Of a DNA stretch of 61,486 nucleotides, positions 18,444 to 28,068 are shown in pieces; the first letter of the stretch is position 1; each line of letters starts with the position of its first letter. Origin of the DNA: a virus (Duplodnaviria > Caudoviricetes); the IMG/VR virus record IMGVR_UViG_3300032215_000085, positions 1 through 61,486 of that record; one strand, 5' to 3'. Below the pieces are notes generated by a model. That model made no database searches. It saw only the letters and a program-made list of their open reading frames with translations, and was not told the DNA's origin. A program made the position numbers and the translations under genes.

Positions 18444-19453
18444 AGGTTATTGTAAATCTCTAATAGGATTCGTTTGTCAAATGTGTTTGATTCAATGCTG
18501 TTAATCTGGTCGATGACAATCTGGTCTACACTTTCAAACTTAAGACCATCAAATCCTTGATTTTCTTTTTGTTCGACCTTCATAGGTATCAATGTCATCT
18601 CACGTAGTTTGTGTTCTGGTATCATGGTTTCACGTATAAAGTTTGCTTCTTCATAGCTAATATCAATGTCAAGATGTACTCTAACATGACTGTCAATTAA
18701 TAGCAACCCTTCAGGGTTTTCTAAGATATCACTAAGTTTATGTACTCTAAATATGGGCTGTCTTGGCCAACTATGAAAGACTGGTTCAACTCCCCATTCC
18801 AATATCATCATGCCACGTGCATCATCACCTGCATCAGCATAGTTATGTGGGAAAGCATTACCGATATACCAAATGTTTTTCTTTGCTTGTCGTTTATGAA
18901 AATGCCCACTGAATACTTTATCAAAGCCAGTAAAATGTTCACTACTAATTTCACCGTGATCGGGCATCTCTACCATAGCATTCATGTAAAAACTTGGTAA
19001 TTCAAAATGACCGAACATATATTTACCAGATAACTTTTGAACTTTCTTATAGTCATCTTGTACAAGCCAAGGTGCAATAACAACATCACCTTGACTAAAC
19101 CAATCATTAACGATTGTCACGTTAGGTAAATGTCGAGCCCATTCAACTGAATGAATGTCTCGCTTGTCTCTATAATAAAGGTCATGATTGCCGGGTATAA
19201 AGAATACTTGGTCAAATGAAGCACTTAATTTCTCAAGTGCTTGTAGACCAAAGGTCAATGTGTGAATATTAATACTAGCACGGTGATGATTGTAATCACC
19301 TAAAAAGAAACAGGTTTCACAACCCTCTTCTTTTGCTTTTTTAATAAACCAGTCTACGAAATTAGCACAGTCTTGATTGTGCTGTAAACTGTTGCTCTTA
19401 AGTCCAAAATGAATGTCAGTAAAAACTGCGGCTTTTTTAAAAAGGTTAGTCAT
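18440..19453 (-). CDS. gp47: Recombination endonuclease nuclease subunit (gp47/SbcD/Mre11); start probably ATG 19453
   Basis: Metallophosphoesterase motifs TDIHFG, LGD, GNHD, GHFH. Confidence 0.92.
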   Translation of the reverse strand: MTNLFKKAAVFTDIHFGLKSNSLQHNQDCANFVDWFIKKAKEEGCETCFFLGDYNHHRASINIHTLTFGLQALEKLSASFDQVFFIPGNHDLYYRDKRDIHSVEWARHLPNVTIVNDWFSQGDVVIAPWLVQDDYKKVQKLSGKYMFGHFELPSFYMNAMVEMPDHGEISSEHFTGFDKVFSGHFHKRQAKKNIWYIGNAFPHNYADAGDDARGMMILEWGVEPVFHSWPRQPIFRVHKLSDILENPEGLLLIDSHVRVHLDIDISYEEANFIRETMIPEHKLREMTLIPMKVEQKENQGFDGLKFESVDQIVIDQINSIESNTFDKRILLEIYNNL

Positions 19454-19459
19454 TCGTAT

Positions 19460-19489
19460 ATTATATAGGAAACGGAGGTGCAAAAGCAA
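19460..19489 (-). promoter_or_regulatory. Sigma70-type promoter TTGCTT-18-TATAAT for gp47
   Basis: -35 at 19484-19489, -10 at 19460-19465, ATG 6 nt downstream. Confidence 0.55.
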
Positions 19490-19503
19490 CTCCGTTGGTT
19501 AAA

Positions 19504-20409
19504 TTATTCTTCGTAGACGGTAGAACTAGTTCCAACACCCTGGCGTGACCAGCTTGGATTAAGCCCATTCATTTCCAAAATATCATCACGGATATTTTGA
19601 TTGCGCTTTTCGGTGTTTAATACACGACAGAAACTATTAGTAATAGCCGCTGTATAATATGCAAATGGATTTGCCGATTTAGCTTCATTGAAACGTAAGC
19701 CGACATATGTAAGTTGAAGAATAGCTGAATTACGCATTTCATCATTGTATGTGTACCCGCGCCAATTAAATTTCATTGCGTATTTTTCACATAACATAAT
19801 GTACATACGTGCAAGCTTGTTGGTGATATTTCCATGATCCTTACCAAACTCACCGTTTTCTAAATCACCTTTCCAATGACTTTTTCCGATAACTCTGAAA
19901 GTGTTTGTGCTATCTAAGCGGAAGTGCTGAAACGGCGGGAAGTTGACTTTAACATGTACCATATCGTCAACTTCTTTAGCAGTAGTAGGATCTTCTAAGT
20001 CAGCAAAAATCTCATCAGCATCGCCCTCGTATTCAAAGATATCTTTAGCAGTTTTCTTTTTGTCTACCTTACGTGGTTGTTTGGGTGCAACCGGAATATG
20101 ATCCCAAGTCATTACTCTAAACACTAAGTCTGTTGTAGGAATAGATATTGGATCAGTCGTACCTTTAGCAATACCCTGCTCAACATCCATTCTTTCAGCA
20201 CGATTTTCACGTGCTAATTGAATGTTCTCTGGTTTATATGCATACTCTAAACTTTGAGGGATGCTAGCTTGCGGCATATCCACAATAAAATCATATCTAT
20301 GGTCTGTGTCTACTAGAAAAGTGCAATATGAGTTTTTACTACTGTGAATCTCTTTTAAAATGTCTTTGTTATTTAAATAATTTACTGGTTTTTTAGTTAT
20401 GATAGTCAT
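19504..20409 (-). CDS. gp55: Late-transcription sigma factor, gp55-like
   Basis: NYLNNKDIL N-terminus; NWRGYTYNDEM, RFNEAKSANPFAYYT, EKRNQNIRD. Confidence 0.85.
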   Translation of the reverse strand: MTIITKKPVNYLNNKDILKEIHSSKNSYCTFLVDTDHRYDFIVDMPQASIPQSLEYAYKPENIQLARENRAERMDVEQGIAKGTTDPISIPTTDLVFRVMTWDHIPVAPKQPRKVDKKKTAKDIFEYEGDADEIFADLEDPTTAKEVDDMVHVKVNFPPFQHFRLDSTNTFRVIGKSHWKGDLENGEFGKDHGNITNKLARMYIMLCEKYAMKFNWRGYTYNDEMRNSAILQLTYVGLRFNEAKSANPFAYYTAAITNSFCRVLNTEKRNQNIRDDILEMNGLNPSWSRQGVGTSSTVYEE

Positions 20410-20434
20410 ACGTGGTTAATGTTTCCTTGTTACA

Positions 20435-20463
20435 ATTGTAACAGAATTGTAGACAAAAAGCAA
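20435..20463 (-). promoter_or_regulatory. Sigma70-type promoter TTGCTT-17-(TG)TACAAT for gp55
   Basis: Same -35 hexamer as the gp47 promoter; extended -10. Confidence 0.6.
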
Positions 20464-20506
20464 CTATTTTTTTTAGGAAAAGGTAAAAATAGCACTTTTT
20501 AGTAGC

Positions 20507-20514
20507 GATAAATA
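20507..20514 (+). promoter_or_regulatory. Late promoter GATAAATA heading the baseplate operon
   Basis: 20 nt upstream of ATG 20535. Confidence 0.65.
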
Positions 20515-20534
20515 TATTTAGCAAAGGTTTAAAC

Positions 20535-21749
20535 ATGGCAACAACATTAGGTGGACAATACATTCCGGCAACAATTGATCCGGGACAAGAAGCATTAGCA
20601 CAAACACAGGCTAGTGTTCTGACTACTATACAGGCAACCCCAGTATCAGCCCCTGCTCCTATATCAGATACTGCGGCTAAGATTGGCATATTTTCTAACC
20701 CAACCTATCCTGAGCCTCCTGTGGTATCAACTCCAGCAAATCCAGAAACTCCGGCAGCCGGTATTGCATTTAATCAAGGGGGTCTAGGATCTAGGGCTAC
20801 CGATCAAGTAGCTGGATTGACAACTGAACAACTTGCACCCGGAGATACCCCTGCACCAAGTACTTGGTCTGGCATGGGAGCGGCAGTGGCAGCTGCTGGT
20901 GGCACATCAACCACTCAAAATAATACTCAACCGGAGCCGGTCACTCCCCCTAGCACTGACTGGAGAGTTAAACTAACATTAGCTGATAAAGCTTATTTTT
21001 TATATATGGCATCTGATCCAGGAATTCTTGCACCACTACAAGAAACTAAGGGTGTGATTTTCCCGTACACACCTAGTATTAACATGAGTTATGCTGCCAA
21101 TTACGACCCAGTTGATGTTGCACATAATAACTATAAAATCTTTCAATATAAAAATAGTAACGTGGGTGATATTTCAATAACCGCTGACTTTACAGCGCAG
21201 GATACTAATGAAGCAAATTATTTGTTAGCAGTAATTCATTTCTTTAGATCCGCTACAAAAATGTTTTATGGACAAGACACTAACCCGCCTAACGGAACTC
21301 CTCCTCCGTTATTATATCTTAGTGGTTACGGTCAATTTCAATTTGATAAACATCCGGTAGTGATATCTAGTTTTAGTTATCATCTACCACAAGACGTTGA
21401 TTACATTAAAGCTGGAGTTTTATCAGGTCCGGCAGCAAACAATGTACCAGGAAAAAAACAAGAAGAAAAAACAAAACCTGAAAACATATTTCAAAAAGCT
21501 AAATCATTTCTTAGCTCAATGTTACGATTAGAAGGGTCTAACTTAAATAAAGGAGCAGTTGTAAACAACCCGCAATTTAAAACAAATCAAATAGCAACAC
21601 CCACATATGTTCCTACTAAGATTAGTTTAACCATAACATTATTGCCAATAGTATCACGTGGTGATATGAGTCAACGGTTTAGTTTAAAAGACTATGCAAA
21701 TGGAAAATTATACAGTGGCACTGCATCAAAACATAAAGGAATGTGGTAA
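20535..21749 (+). CDS. Baseplate/tail-tube initiator-like protein (gp48/gp54-like)
   Basis: GVIFPYTP, PPPLLYLSGYG, PVVISSFSY, VPTKISLTITL; first gene of baseplate cluster. Confidence 0.55.
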   Translation: MATTLGGQYIPATIDPGQEALAQTQASVLTTIQATPVSAPAPISDTAAKIGIFSNPTYPEPPVVSTPANPETPAAGIAFNQGGLGSRATDQVAGLTTEQLAPGDTPAPSTWSGMGAAVAAAGGTSTTQNNTQPEPVTPPSTDWRVKLTLADKAYFLYMASDPGILAPLQETKGVIFPYTPSINMSYAANYDPVDVAHNNYKIFQYKNSNVGDISITADFTAQDTNEANYLLAVIHFFRSATKMFYGQDTNPPNGTPPPLLYLSGYGQFQFDKHPVVISSFSYHLPQDVDYIKAGVLSGPAANNVPGKKQEEKTKPENIFQKAKSFLSSMLRLEGSNLNKGAVVNNPQFKTNQIATPTYVPTKISLTITLLPIVSRGDMSQRFSLKDYANGKLYSGTASKHKGMW

Positions 21750-22051
21750 TGGCTTTATATAACGCAAACAGTCCTTATTACAACACGGATGTTGTTAACA
21801 GACAATTTTTAGATATAATGATTGATAGACCTATATCAAAAGACCCGATGGATATATATTGGCAAATCACACAAACATATTCGTTGCGTCCGGATTTACT
21901 TGCATATGACTTGTACAATGACGGCAGCTTGTGGTGGGTATTTGCACAACGTAATCCAAATCGTATTAAAGATCCGTTATTTGATTTTGTTGCTGGTACA
22001 TGGATTTTCTTACCACAACTAACAAATCTAAAAACTGCGTTAGGTATATAA
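21749..22051 (+). CDS. Baseplate wedge protein, gp53/LysM-like
   Basis: RPDLLAYDLYNDGSLWWVFAQRN; TAATG overlap with upstream gene. Confidence 0.75.
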   Translation: MALYNANSPYYNTDVVNRQFLDIMIDRPISKDPMDIYWQITQTYSLRPDLLAYDLYNDGSLWWVFAQRNPNRIKDPLFDFVAGTWIFLPQLTNLKTALGI

Positions 22052-22052
22052 G

Positions 22053-24389
22053 ATGGCAACAGTAAGCACTACACAGGATGATTATACTGCACCAAAATCT
22101 AATCAAAATAAAAATACAGTATCTGAAGCTGAGGTAGTACCACCAACTAACTCAAACACAAGTACAAACACACAACAAAAGAGTGCGCCAGGAGCAAGAA
22201 CCTTCAATCCATTATCAATGTTCAGTAGCTATACGTATCATATAACATTGTATATGATTACTCCTTATTCGTATAATAAATTTATTGAACAAGGTAATAA
22301 AGGTATATCTCCTAAAGATATGTTTGTTGTCGCTGAGTCAGGTGGAACAAATGTTAATGGTAAAAATCAACGACTATTTGATTTAGATTTCTACATTGAC
22401 GACTTTAGTTTTCAAACTTATTTGAGTACAAATGCAAATAAGGGAGCAAGTGTCGATTCTTTGTCATTTAGTTTTAAAATTGTTGAACCGTATGGTTTTA
22501 GCTTTATGTCTGCACTAAAAGCCGCGGCATTGAAAGTAGTAGGAAAAAGTGATTTGCCCGGACATGAGAAAGCAAAACACCACTTACAACAACTATATAT
22601 GATTGGCATCAAGTTCTATGGATATGACGCTGATGGTAATTTGGTAACAGATGATACAACTAATCAACTTATACCAAATACAGATAACGGTAGTTCAAAT
22701 GATACATTTGCAGATAATGGAGTATTTGCTAGATATTTCCCAATCAATATTACTGAAATGCAATTTAGATTAGATGGTAAAGCAACTGTTTATAACTTTA
22801 AAGCAATCAATGTATCAGTCAACACGGGTAATGGTGTTAAGCATAATCAAATTAAAACTAGCCAAGCTTTAACAGGAAAAACAGTTGAAGAATTGTTATC
22901 TACTGGAGAAAACAGTTTAGAAAAATTATTGAACAAAATTCAAGAAGACCAATTTCCTAAAGATATTTCTGTTAAAAACGTTTTTAAAATTAAGTTTAAT
23001 AAGGGTGAGAATAGTAAAATTAAAAATTCAATTATAACTAGAGGAAAAGCATCGGATAGAAATAAATCAGCAATGAGTGGTAGTGCTAACGTCACTGACT
23101 CATCTAAAGCAAATGATAAAACTGCACAATCTGCAAAACCGGACAACAATACTCGCACATTTGAAATCCCGGCAGGAACTTCTATTACTCAAGCAATAGA
23201 AAGAGTTATTGCACAAAGCGCATACATTACTGACGCATTAACAGCAAAAGGTAATGAAGATATGGAAGATTGGAGTGATGAAGCTAAGGCAGCAGAAAGA
23301 ACAAGACTTCAGTGGTTTGTAATTACCCCTGTATGTAAAATGTTAGCGTTTGATCCAAAAGTAAATGATTTTGCATATGAAATTACATACATAATCAATG
23401 AATATAAAATTCCAAGAGTTAGGTCAGCTTATGTGTCTGAACCAACTCCCTATCACGGAGCACATAAAATTTATGAATACTGGTATACTGGAAAGAATAG
23501 TGAAGTATTGAGTTACGAACAAAAATATAATGGTCTATTCTATATGGATGCATTAGATAATCCAAATCCAAATGAACCTTTTCCAAACTCAAGTGGTCTG
23601 ACAGTACCGATTAAACCTTTCTCAAAACAAAATGCAGATGATTCTGCGTTGTTTGATAAAGCTGGTCAAATGATAGCAAGTGTGCGTACAAGTTTGTATA
23701 GTCCCGGTGAACAAGCAATGGCAACAATACAAATATTAGGTGATCCTGATTTTATTTGTACTACAGTAGGAATGAATTACAATGTCTATGATGAAAATTA
23801 TGGACCTGATAAATCAGTCGATCCACACGCTGGTCAAGTTTTTGTACAAATTGTATTTAATGAGGGTGTTGATTATGACCATGATGTTGGTATAATGAAT
23901 CTTAAAACTAATATAATGTTGTATGATTATCCTAAATATCTTAAAGACACAAAAGGTATAATTTATTCTGCAACAGATGTTGTATCTACATTCTCAAAAG
24001 GTAGATTTACACAAGAACTACACCTAGTAATGTATAGTCCTCCACCAGACAAACCTGATAGTAAATCTGAAACAGCAAGAGAAGTTGATTCATTGGCAGC
24101 ACGACATCCCGCACCAACAAAAGGACTTACACCAGATGATGCGGCTAAGACTAATGAACCTACTGTTGAATCTGCATCTGCTATTGGTCCCCCTCAGTCT
24201 TATTCTGCTGATTTAAATTCTACTAATAGCAGTGTGTTAGGTGCAATAACCGGTGGTAGAGTTAAAGTAGCAAATCAAACAACTCTTTCTGCTACTAACC
24301 CCCAGAATGTAGTACAAGGACCAAATGATGATAATCCTGGGGTAACAGTATCAACTAACATTCAAAATGAAGGTAGGACATTTGCATGA
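22053..24389 (+). CDS. Baseplate hub protein (gp27/VgrG-head-like)
   Basis: FKIVEPYG, ATIQILGDP, STFSKGRFTQEL; lies between gp53-like and gp5-like genes. Confidence 0.55.
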   Translation: MATVSTTQDDYTAPKSNQNKNTVSEAEVVPPTNSNTSTNTQQKSAPGARTFNPLSMFSSYTYHITLYMITPYSYNKFIEQGNKGISPKDMFVVAESGGTNVNGKNQRLFDLDFYIDDFSFQTYLSTNANKGASVDSLSFSFKIVEPYGFSFMSALKAAALKVVGKSDLPGHEKAKHHLQQLYMIGIKFYGYDADGNLVTDDTTNQLIPNTDNGSSNDTFADNGVFARYFPINITEMQFRLDGKATVYNFKAINVSVNTGNGVKHNQIKTSQALTGKTVEELLSTGENSLEKLLNKIQEDQFPKDISVKNVFKIKFNKGENSKIKNSIITRGKASDRNKSAMSGSANVTDSSKANDKTAQSAKPDNNTRTFEIPAGTSITQAIERVIAQSAYITDALTAKGNEDMEDWSDEAKAAERTRLQWFVITPVCKMLAFDPKVNDFAYEITYIINEYKIPRVRSAYVSEPTPYHGAHKIYEYWYTGKNSEVLSYEQKYNGLFYMDALDNPNPNEPFPNSSGLTVPIKPFSKQNADDSALFDKAGQMIASVRTSLYSPGEQAMATIQILGDPDFICTTVGMNYNVYDENYGPDKSVDPHAGQVFVQIVFNEGVDYDHDVGIMNLKTNIMLYDYPKYLKDTKGIIYSATDVVSTFSKGRFTQELHLVMYSPPPDKPDSKSETAREVDSLAARHPAPTKGLTPDDAAKTNEPTVESASAIGPPQSYSADLNSTNSSVLGAITGGRVKVANQTTLSATNPQNVVQGPNDDNPGVTVSTNIQNEGRTFA

Positions 24390-27300
24390 GTGAAAACGTA
24401 GGAAAAATATCAGGCACAACAGCCGCTAATAAACCGGACGCCGGCGGTAAGATAAGTGTTAACTATCCAGTTAAAGGAATAGTCAAAAATACTATTGATG
24501 CTAACCGTGCCGGTAGAATTCAAGTATATGTTGCTGATTTTGGTGGTACTGAAGATGATAACAAAAGCTGGACAACAGTTCAGTATATGAGCCCTTTCTT
24601 TGGAATGACTGAGGGTGATAATGCACCCGGCAGCAACAATGACGGTACATTCAAAACTAATCATCACAGTTATGGATTATGGGCTACGCCCCCTGATATA
24701 GGTAGTGAAGTTATTTGTATTTTCTTAAATGGTAAAAAAGACTTTGGATACTATATCGGTGGAGTTCCCAAAACAGGTTCTCATCATATGGTTCCTGGTA
24801 TTGGGGCATCAAACAACATCACTGCCAAAGAAACTGAAGCCGATAGTTATGGTGGCGCACTTGTACTACCTGTAGTCGAGTGGAACGAGATTGGTAAAGA
24901 ACAAGAAAGTGCCTTTATTGATGTTCCTAGACCAGTACATAGCGCACTTGCTGGACAACTACATCAACAGGGATTATTGCGTGATCCAATTAGAGGAGCA
25001 ATATCAAGTTCTAGTATGCGTGAATCACCTTCACGTGTATTTGGTATATCAACTCCGGGAAGACCTATATACAAAGGTGGGTTAGGCTCTGGATCAAATG
25101 ATACTGCTATTGCCCAAGGTTTATCAGGTGAGTCTGATTCAAAACTAAAAATTACTGCACGTAGGGGCGGTCATAGTTTTGTAATGGATGACGGAGACAT
25201 TCAGGGTCAAAATCAATTAGTAAGATTACGTACAAGTTCCGGTCATCAAATTACAATGAGTGATGATGGACAAACATTGTTCATTGTACATGCTAATGGT
25301 CAAAGTTATGTTGAGTTGGGCAAAGAAGGTACAGTTGACATATACGCAATGAATAGTTTTAATGTTCGTTCACAGGGTGATATTAATTTTCATGCAGACA
25401 ACAACATTAACATTCATGCCGAAAAGAAATTAAACATTTACTCAGAAGAAATCAATATACAAAGCGATAAAAAAACTAATATAAGAGTTGGAGATGATTT
25501 TACTCAGTATACTGTTGGTAATAATACACTTAAAGTTGATAAGGGCATGAGTGCAAAATCAAGCGATGCCGCAAGTTTTGAATCAGGCTCAGCTACATAC
25601 ATTAATGGTAGTAGTGTTAATTTGAATTCTGGTTCATCATCATTGAGTCCAGAAAAAATAAAATCATACAACAAAACAACACATATTGATACATTGTTTG
25701 ATAGTGTAAAGGGTTGGATAGCAACTCCGGGCAAATTATCTAGTATAGTAAATCGTGCACCTGCTCACTCGCCGTGGGTAAATTCTAACATGGGCGTAGA
25801 TGTTGAAGTTAAAACATCAGCAGATGACGCATTGCCTAAACCAGCTTCTAAAGCAGTTCAAGCAGTAAACAATTCAACACCTGATGCACCAAAGAATCCT
25901 ACAACCTCTTCAGTGGCAGCAACAGTCCCGCCGGCAGCTCCTGTAGGAAATATAGATAAGAGTACAACACAGACAGTTGTTTCGCAACAAGCAGTTAGTG
26001 CGGCAACAAATCCAGCAACAACTACTGCTGTAGCAAATGGATCAGGAGTGGTAGATATTAACGGAACAAAACAAGCAGTACTTGGTAAATTAGCACAGAC
26101 ACCTGCACAACTAGAACAAGCCGGAGTACTTAAACCCGGTAGTGCCGCGTTAGCAGATTCTTTAGTGGCAAAAGGTAAATCAATAAATGAAGCATTACCT
26201 AGTAATATGTTTACTGGGCAAGGTGGTATCAACAGTGTATCTGATTTTGTAAACAATCCGCAAGCACAAGTAGGAACTGCGTCTACATTAATGCAACAGG
26301 GATATGATGGATTAAAATCTGCCGGAGTTATTACTGGCAATGAAAGTGCAGGTAGTATTAGTGGTTTGGTATCAAGTGCGGCAACAAATGGTGTGGCTGC
26401 AACTACTACATTTGTTAAAGGTATTGGGGGTAATTTACCTAGCACATCAGGCTCTGGTGTAGTAAACCCACTTAGTGGAGTGGGTTCAAAAGTTGGTACG
26501 AGTATAAGTGAAGGTAACTTTGCCGCATCAATGGGACAAAAATCAACAGGCTCATTGGGAGATTCAATTAAAGAAGGAATTACATCTGCTGTAGACAGTG
26601 TAAAATCAGCAGCCGCAAAAGGATTCGATGCTGTTAAATCGGTCTTTAAGAAACTAGAAGCAAATAAACCAGTTAATCTAACAGTAGCGGCATCAGAAAG
26701 TGATCCTAGCTATAAACCACCTGCAACATTAAAAGAAGCAGTAAATACGTTGAATGAAAAACCTAGCGGAGCTCCTGATTTAAAAACCATGGCAGCAACA
26801 GTTACTGGTTCTACTCCGACTACTAGTTCAGGTTCACCTCCTACAATAGCTGATGTTAAAACCGGTGTCCCAGCAATGACAGACGCGGCATCTAAGTTAG
26901 GGGTAACTATTCCTGGAGCATCTATTGCTACTGAATCAGCCAACAATTTAAAATCGTTACCAAGCGGAGCACCGGATCTATCATCGTTGTCCGGCATGCC
27001 TAGTGCGGCATCATTGCCTCCTGCTTTACCACCATGTGCTGTAGTAGCATTTGCAAAACCAAAACCTCCTACTGGAACAACCGCCGCTAGTGTAGTACCT
27101 CCTGGTATGGGATTAGGGGCATTTAAAGACGGAATAGCATCTCTAGGGTCGTTTGTTAACAAAGCAAATGCAGGAACTTCTAAACCTAACTTAGATGCAA
27201 TACCAAAAGGTGGAGAAGGGTCTACTATATTACCTACATTTGCAGTAGATACAGTCGATAGAACTAGTATGAATGCGTCAGCAGCCTCACTATTAGGTCC

Positions 27301-27568
27301 GGGTATAGCGTTACCAATCACATCAGGTGGCGCACTGAATGTTCAACCATTAAATCCAGACTCAATTAAACAATATGATACACTCAAAAAAGAATTAGAT
27401 GAGTTAGATAAGAATAAAAAGTGGGATTTGCAGACAGAAAAGAATAAAGCAGATAAAAAATACGGTTCTGATAGTACTGAATATAAGACTGCCCTACAGA
27501 ATTATAAAGATTGCTTAATGCGTATTGAAGAAATACGAAAAGAAATGTACGAACTAACAAAGGGATAA
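24386..27568 (+). CDS. gp5: Baseplate central spike, gp5/VgrG-like, with long C-terminal extension
   Basis: OB-fold GIVKNTID..RAGRIQV, PPDIGSEV; RTSSGHQITMSD and beta-helix repeats. Confidence 0.75.
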   Translation: MSENVGKISGTTAANKPDAGGKISVNYPVKGIVKNTIDANRAGRIQVYVADFGGTEDDNKSWTTVQYMSPFFGMTEGDNAPGSNNDGTFKTNHHSYGLWATPPDIGSEVICIFLNGKKDFGYYIGGVPKTGSHHMVPGIGASNNITAKETEADSYGGALVLPVVEWNEIGKEQESAFIDVPRPVHSALAGQLHQQGLLRDPIRGAISSSSMRESPSRVFGISTPGRPIYKGGLGSGSNDTAIAQGLSGESDSKLKITARRGGHSFVMDDGDIQGQNQLVRLRTSSGHQITMSDDGQTLFIVHANGQSYVELGKEGTVDIYAMNSFNVRSQGDINFHADNNINIHAEKKLNIYSEEINIQSDKKTNIRVGDDFTQYTVGNNTLKVDKGMSAKSSDAASFESGSATYINGSSVNLNSGSSSLSPEKIKSYNKTTHIDTLFDSVKGWIATPGKLSSIVNRAPAHSPWVNSNMGVDVEVKTSADDALPKPASKAVQAVNNSTPDAPKNPTTSSVAATVPPAAPVGNIDKSTTQTVVSQQAVSAATNPATTTAVANGSGVVDINGTKQAVLGKLAQTPAQLEQAGVLKPGSAALADSLVAKGKSINEALPSNMFTGQGGINSVSDFVNNPQAQVGTASTLMQQGYDGLKSAGVITGNESAGSISGLVSSAATNGVAATTTFVKGIGGNLPSTSGSGVVNPLSGVGSKVGTSISEGNFAASMGQKSTGSLGDSIKEGITSAVDSVKSAAAKGFDAVKSVFKKLEANKPVNLTVAASESDPSYKPPATLKEAVNTLNEKPSGAPDLKTMAATVTGSTPTTSSGSPPTIADVKTGVPAMTDAASKLGVTIPGASIATESANNLKSLPSGAPDLSSLSGMPSAASLPPALPPCAVVAFAKPKPPTGTTAASVVPPGMGLGAFKDGIASLGSFVNKANAGTSKPNLDAIPKGGEGSTILPTFAVDTVDRTSMNASAASLLGPGIALPITSGGALNVQPLNPDSIKQYDTLKKELDELDKNKKWDLQTEKNKADKKYGSDSTEYKTALQNYKDCLMRIEEIRKEMYELTKG

Positions 27569-27570
27569 AA

Positions 27571-28020
27571 ATGACAATATACAAAGGTTTCTCTACACAA
27601 AACGTTAATGCTACACGTTCAATTAACATTCCTACCGGACTAGTTGACTATACTACTAATACTGGTCGTTCAGCAGTATCCTCAACCAAATATGCAGTTA
27701 CAGATGATGAAGCTGTTATATTAAATTTCTTAAACGCACTCAATATCCCTCAAGGTTCTAAGCCTGGTAAACCCTCGTATGGCACAAATCTTTGGAACTT
27801 TATTTTTGAACCCAATGACCAAGAAACGGTGACACAGTTAAAAGAAGAATTGATTCGTGTTGCTAGGGCAGATCCTAGACTTATTCTTAATAGTATAGAA
27901 ATTTATGCTAAAGAAAACGGAATTGTAGCATCAATTGAGTTAGCAGTCAGCCCGGCAAATCTAGTTAGAGATATTGCTATCCTATTCAATCAAGAAACAA
28001 ATACTGCATCAATGGCTTAA
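27571..28020 (+). CDS. gp25: Baseplate wedge subunit gp25
   Basis: YKGFST, GSKPGKPSYGTNLWNFIFEP, DPRL. Confidence 0.85.
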   Translation: MTIYKGFSTQNVNATRSINIPTGLVDYTTNTGRSAVSSTKYAVTDDEAVILNFLNALNIPQGSKPGKPSYGTNLWNFIFEPNDQETVTQLKEELIRVARADPRLILNSIEIYAKENGIVASIELAVSPANLVRDIAILFNQETNTASMA

Positions 28021-28068
28021 AAACCGGTATTTTTACAACGATAAATATATTAAAGAGATACTAAATTT

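Noticed and set aside
25858-27321. 195-aa and 203-aa minus-strand ORFs
   Set aside because: Antisense shadows of the Ala/Ser/Thr-rich part of the spike gene; no expression signals seen
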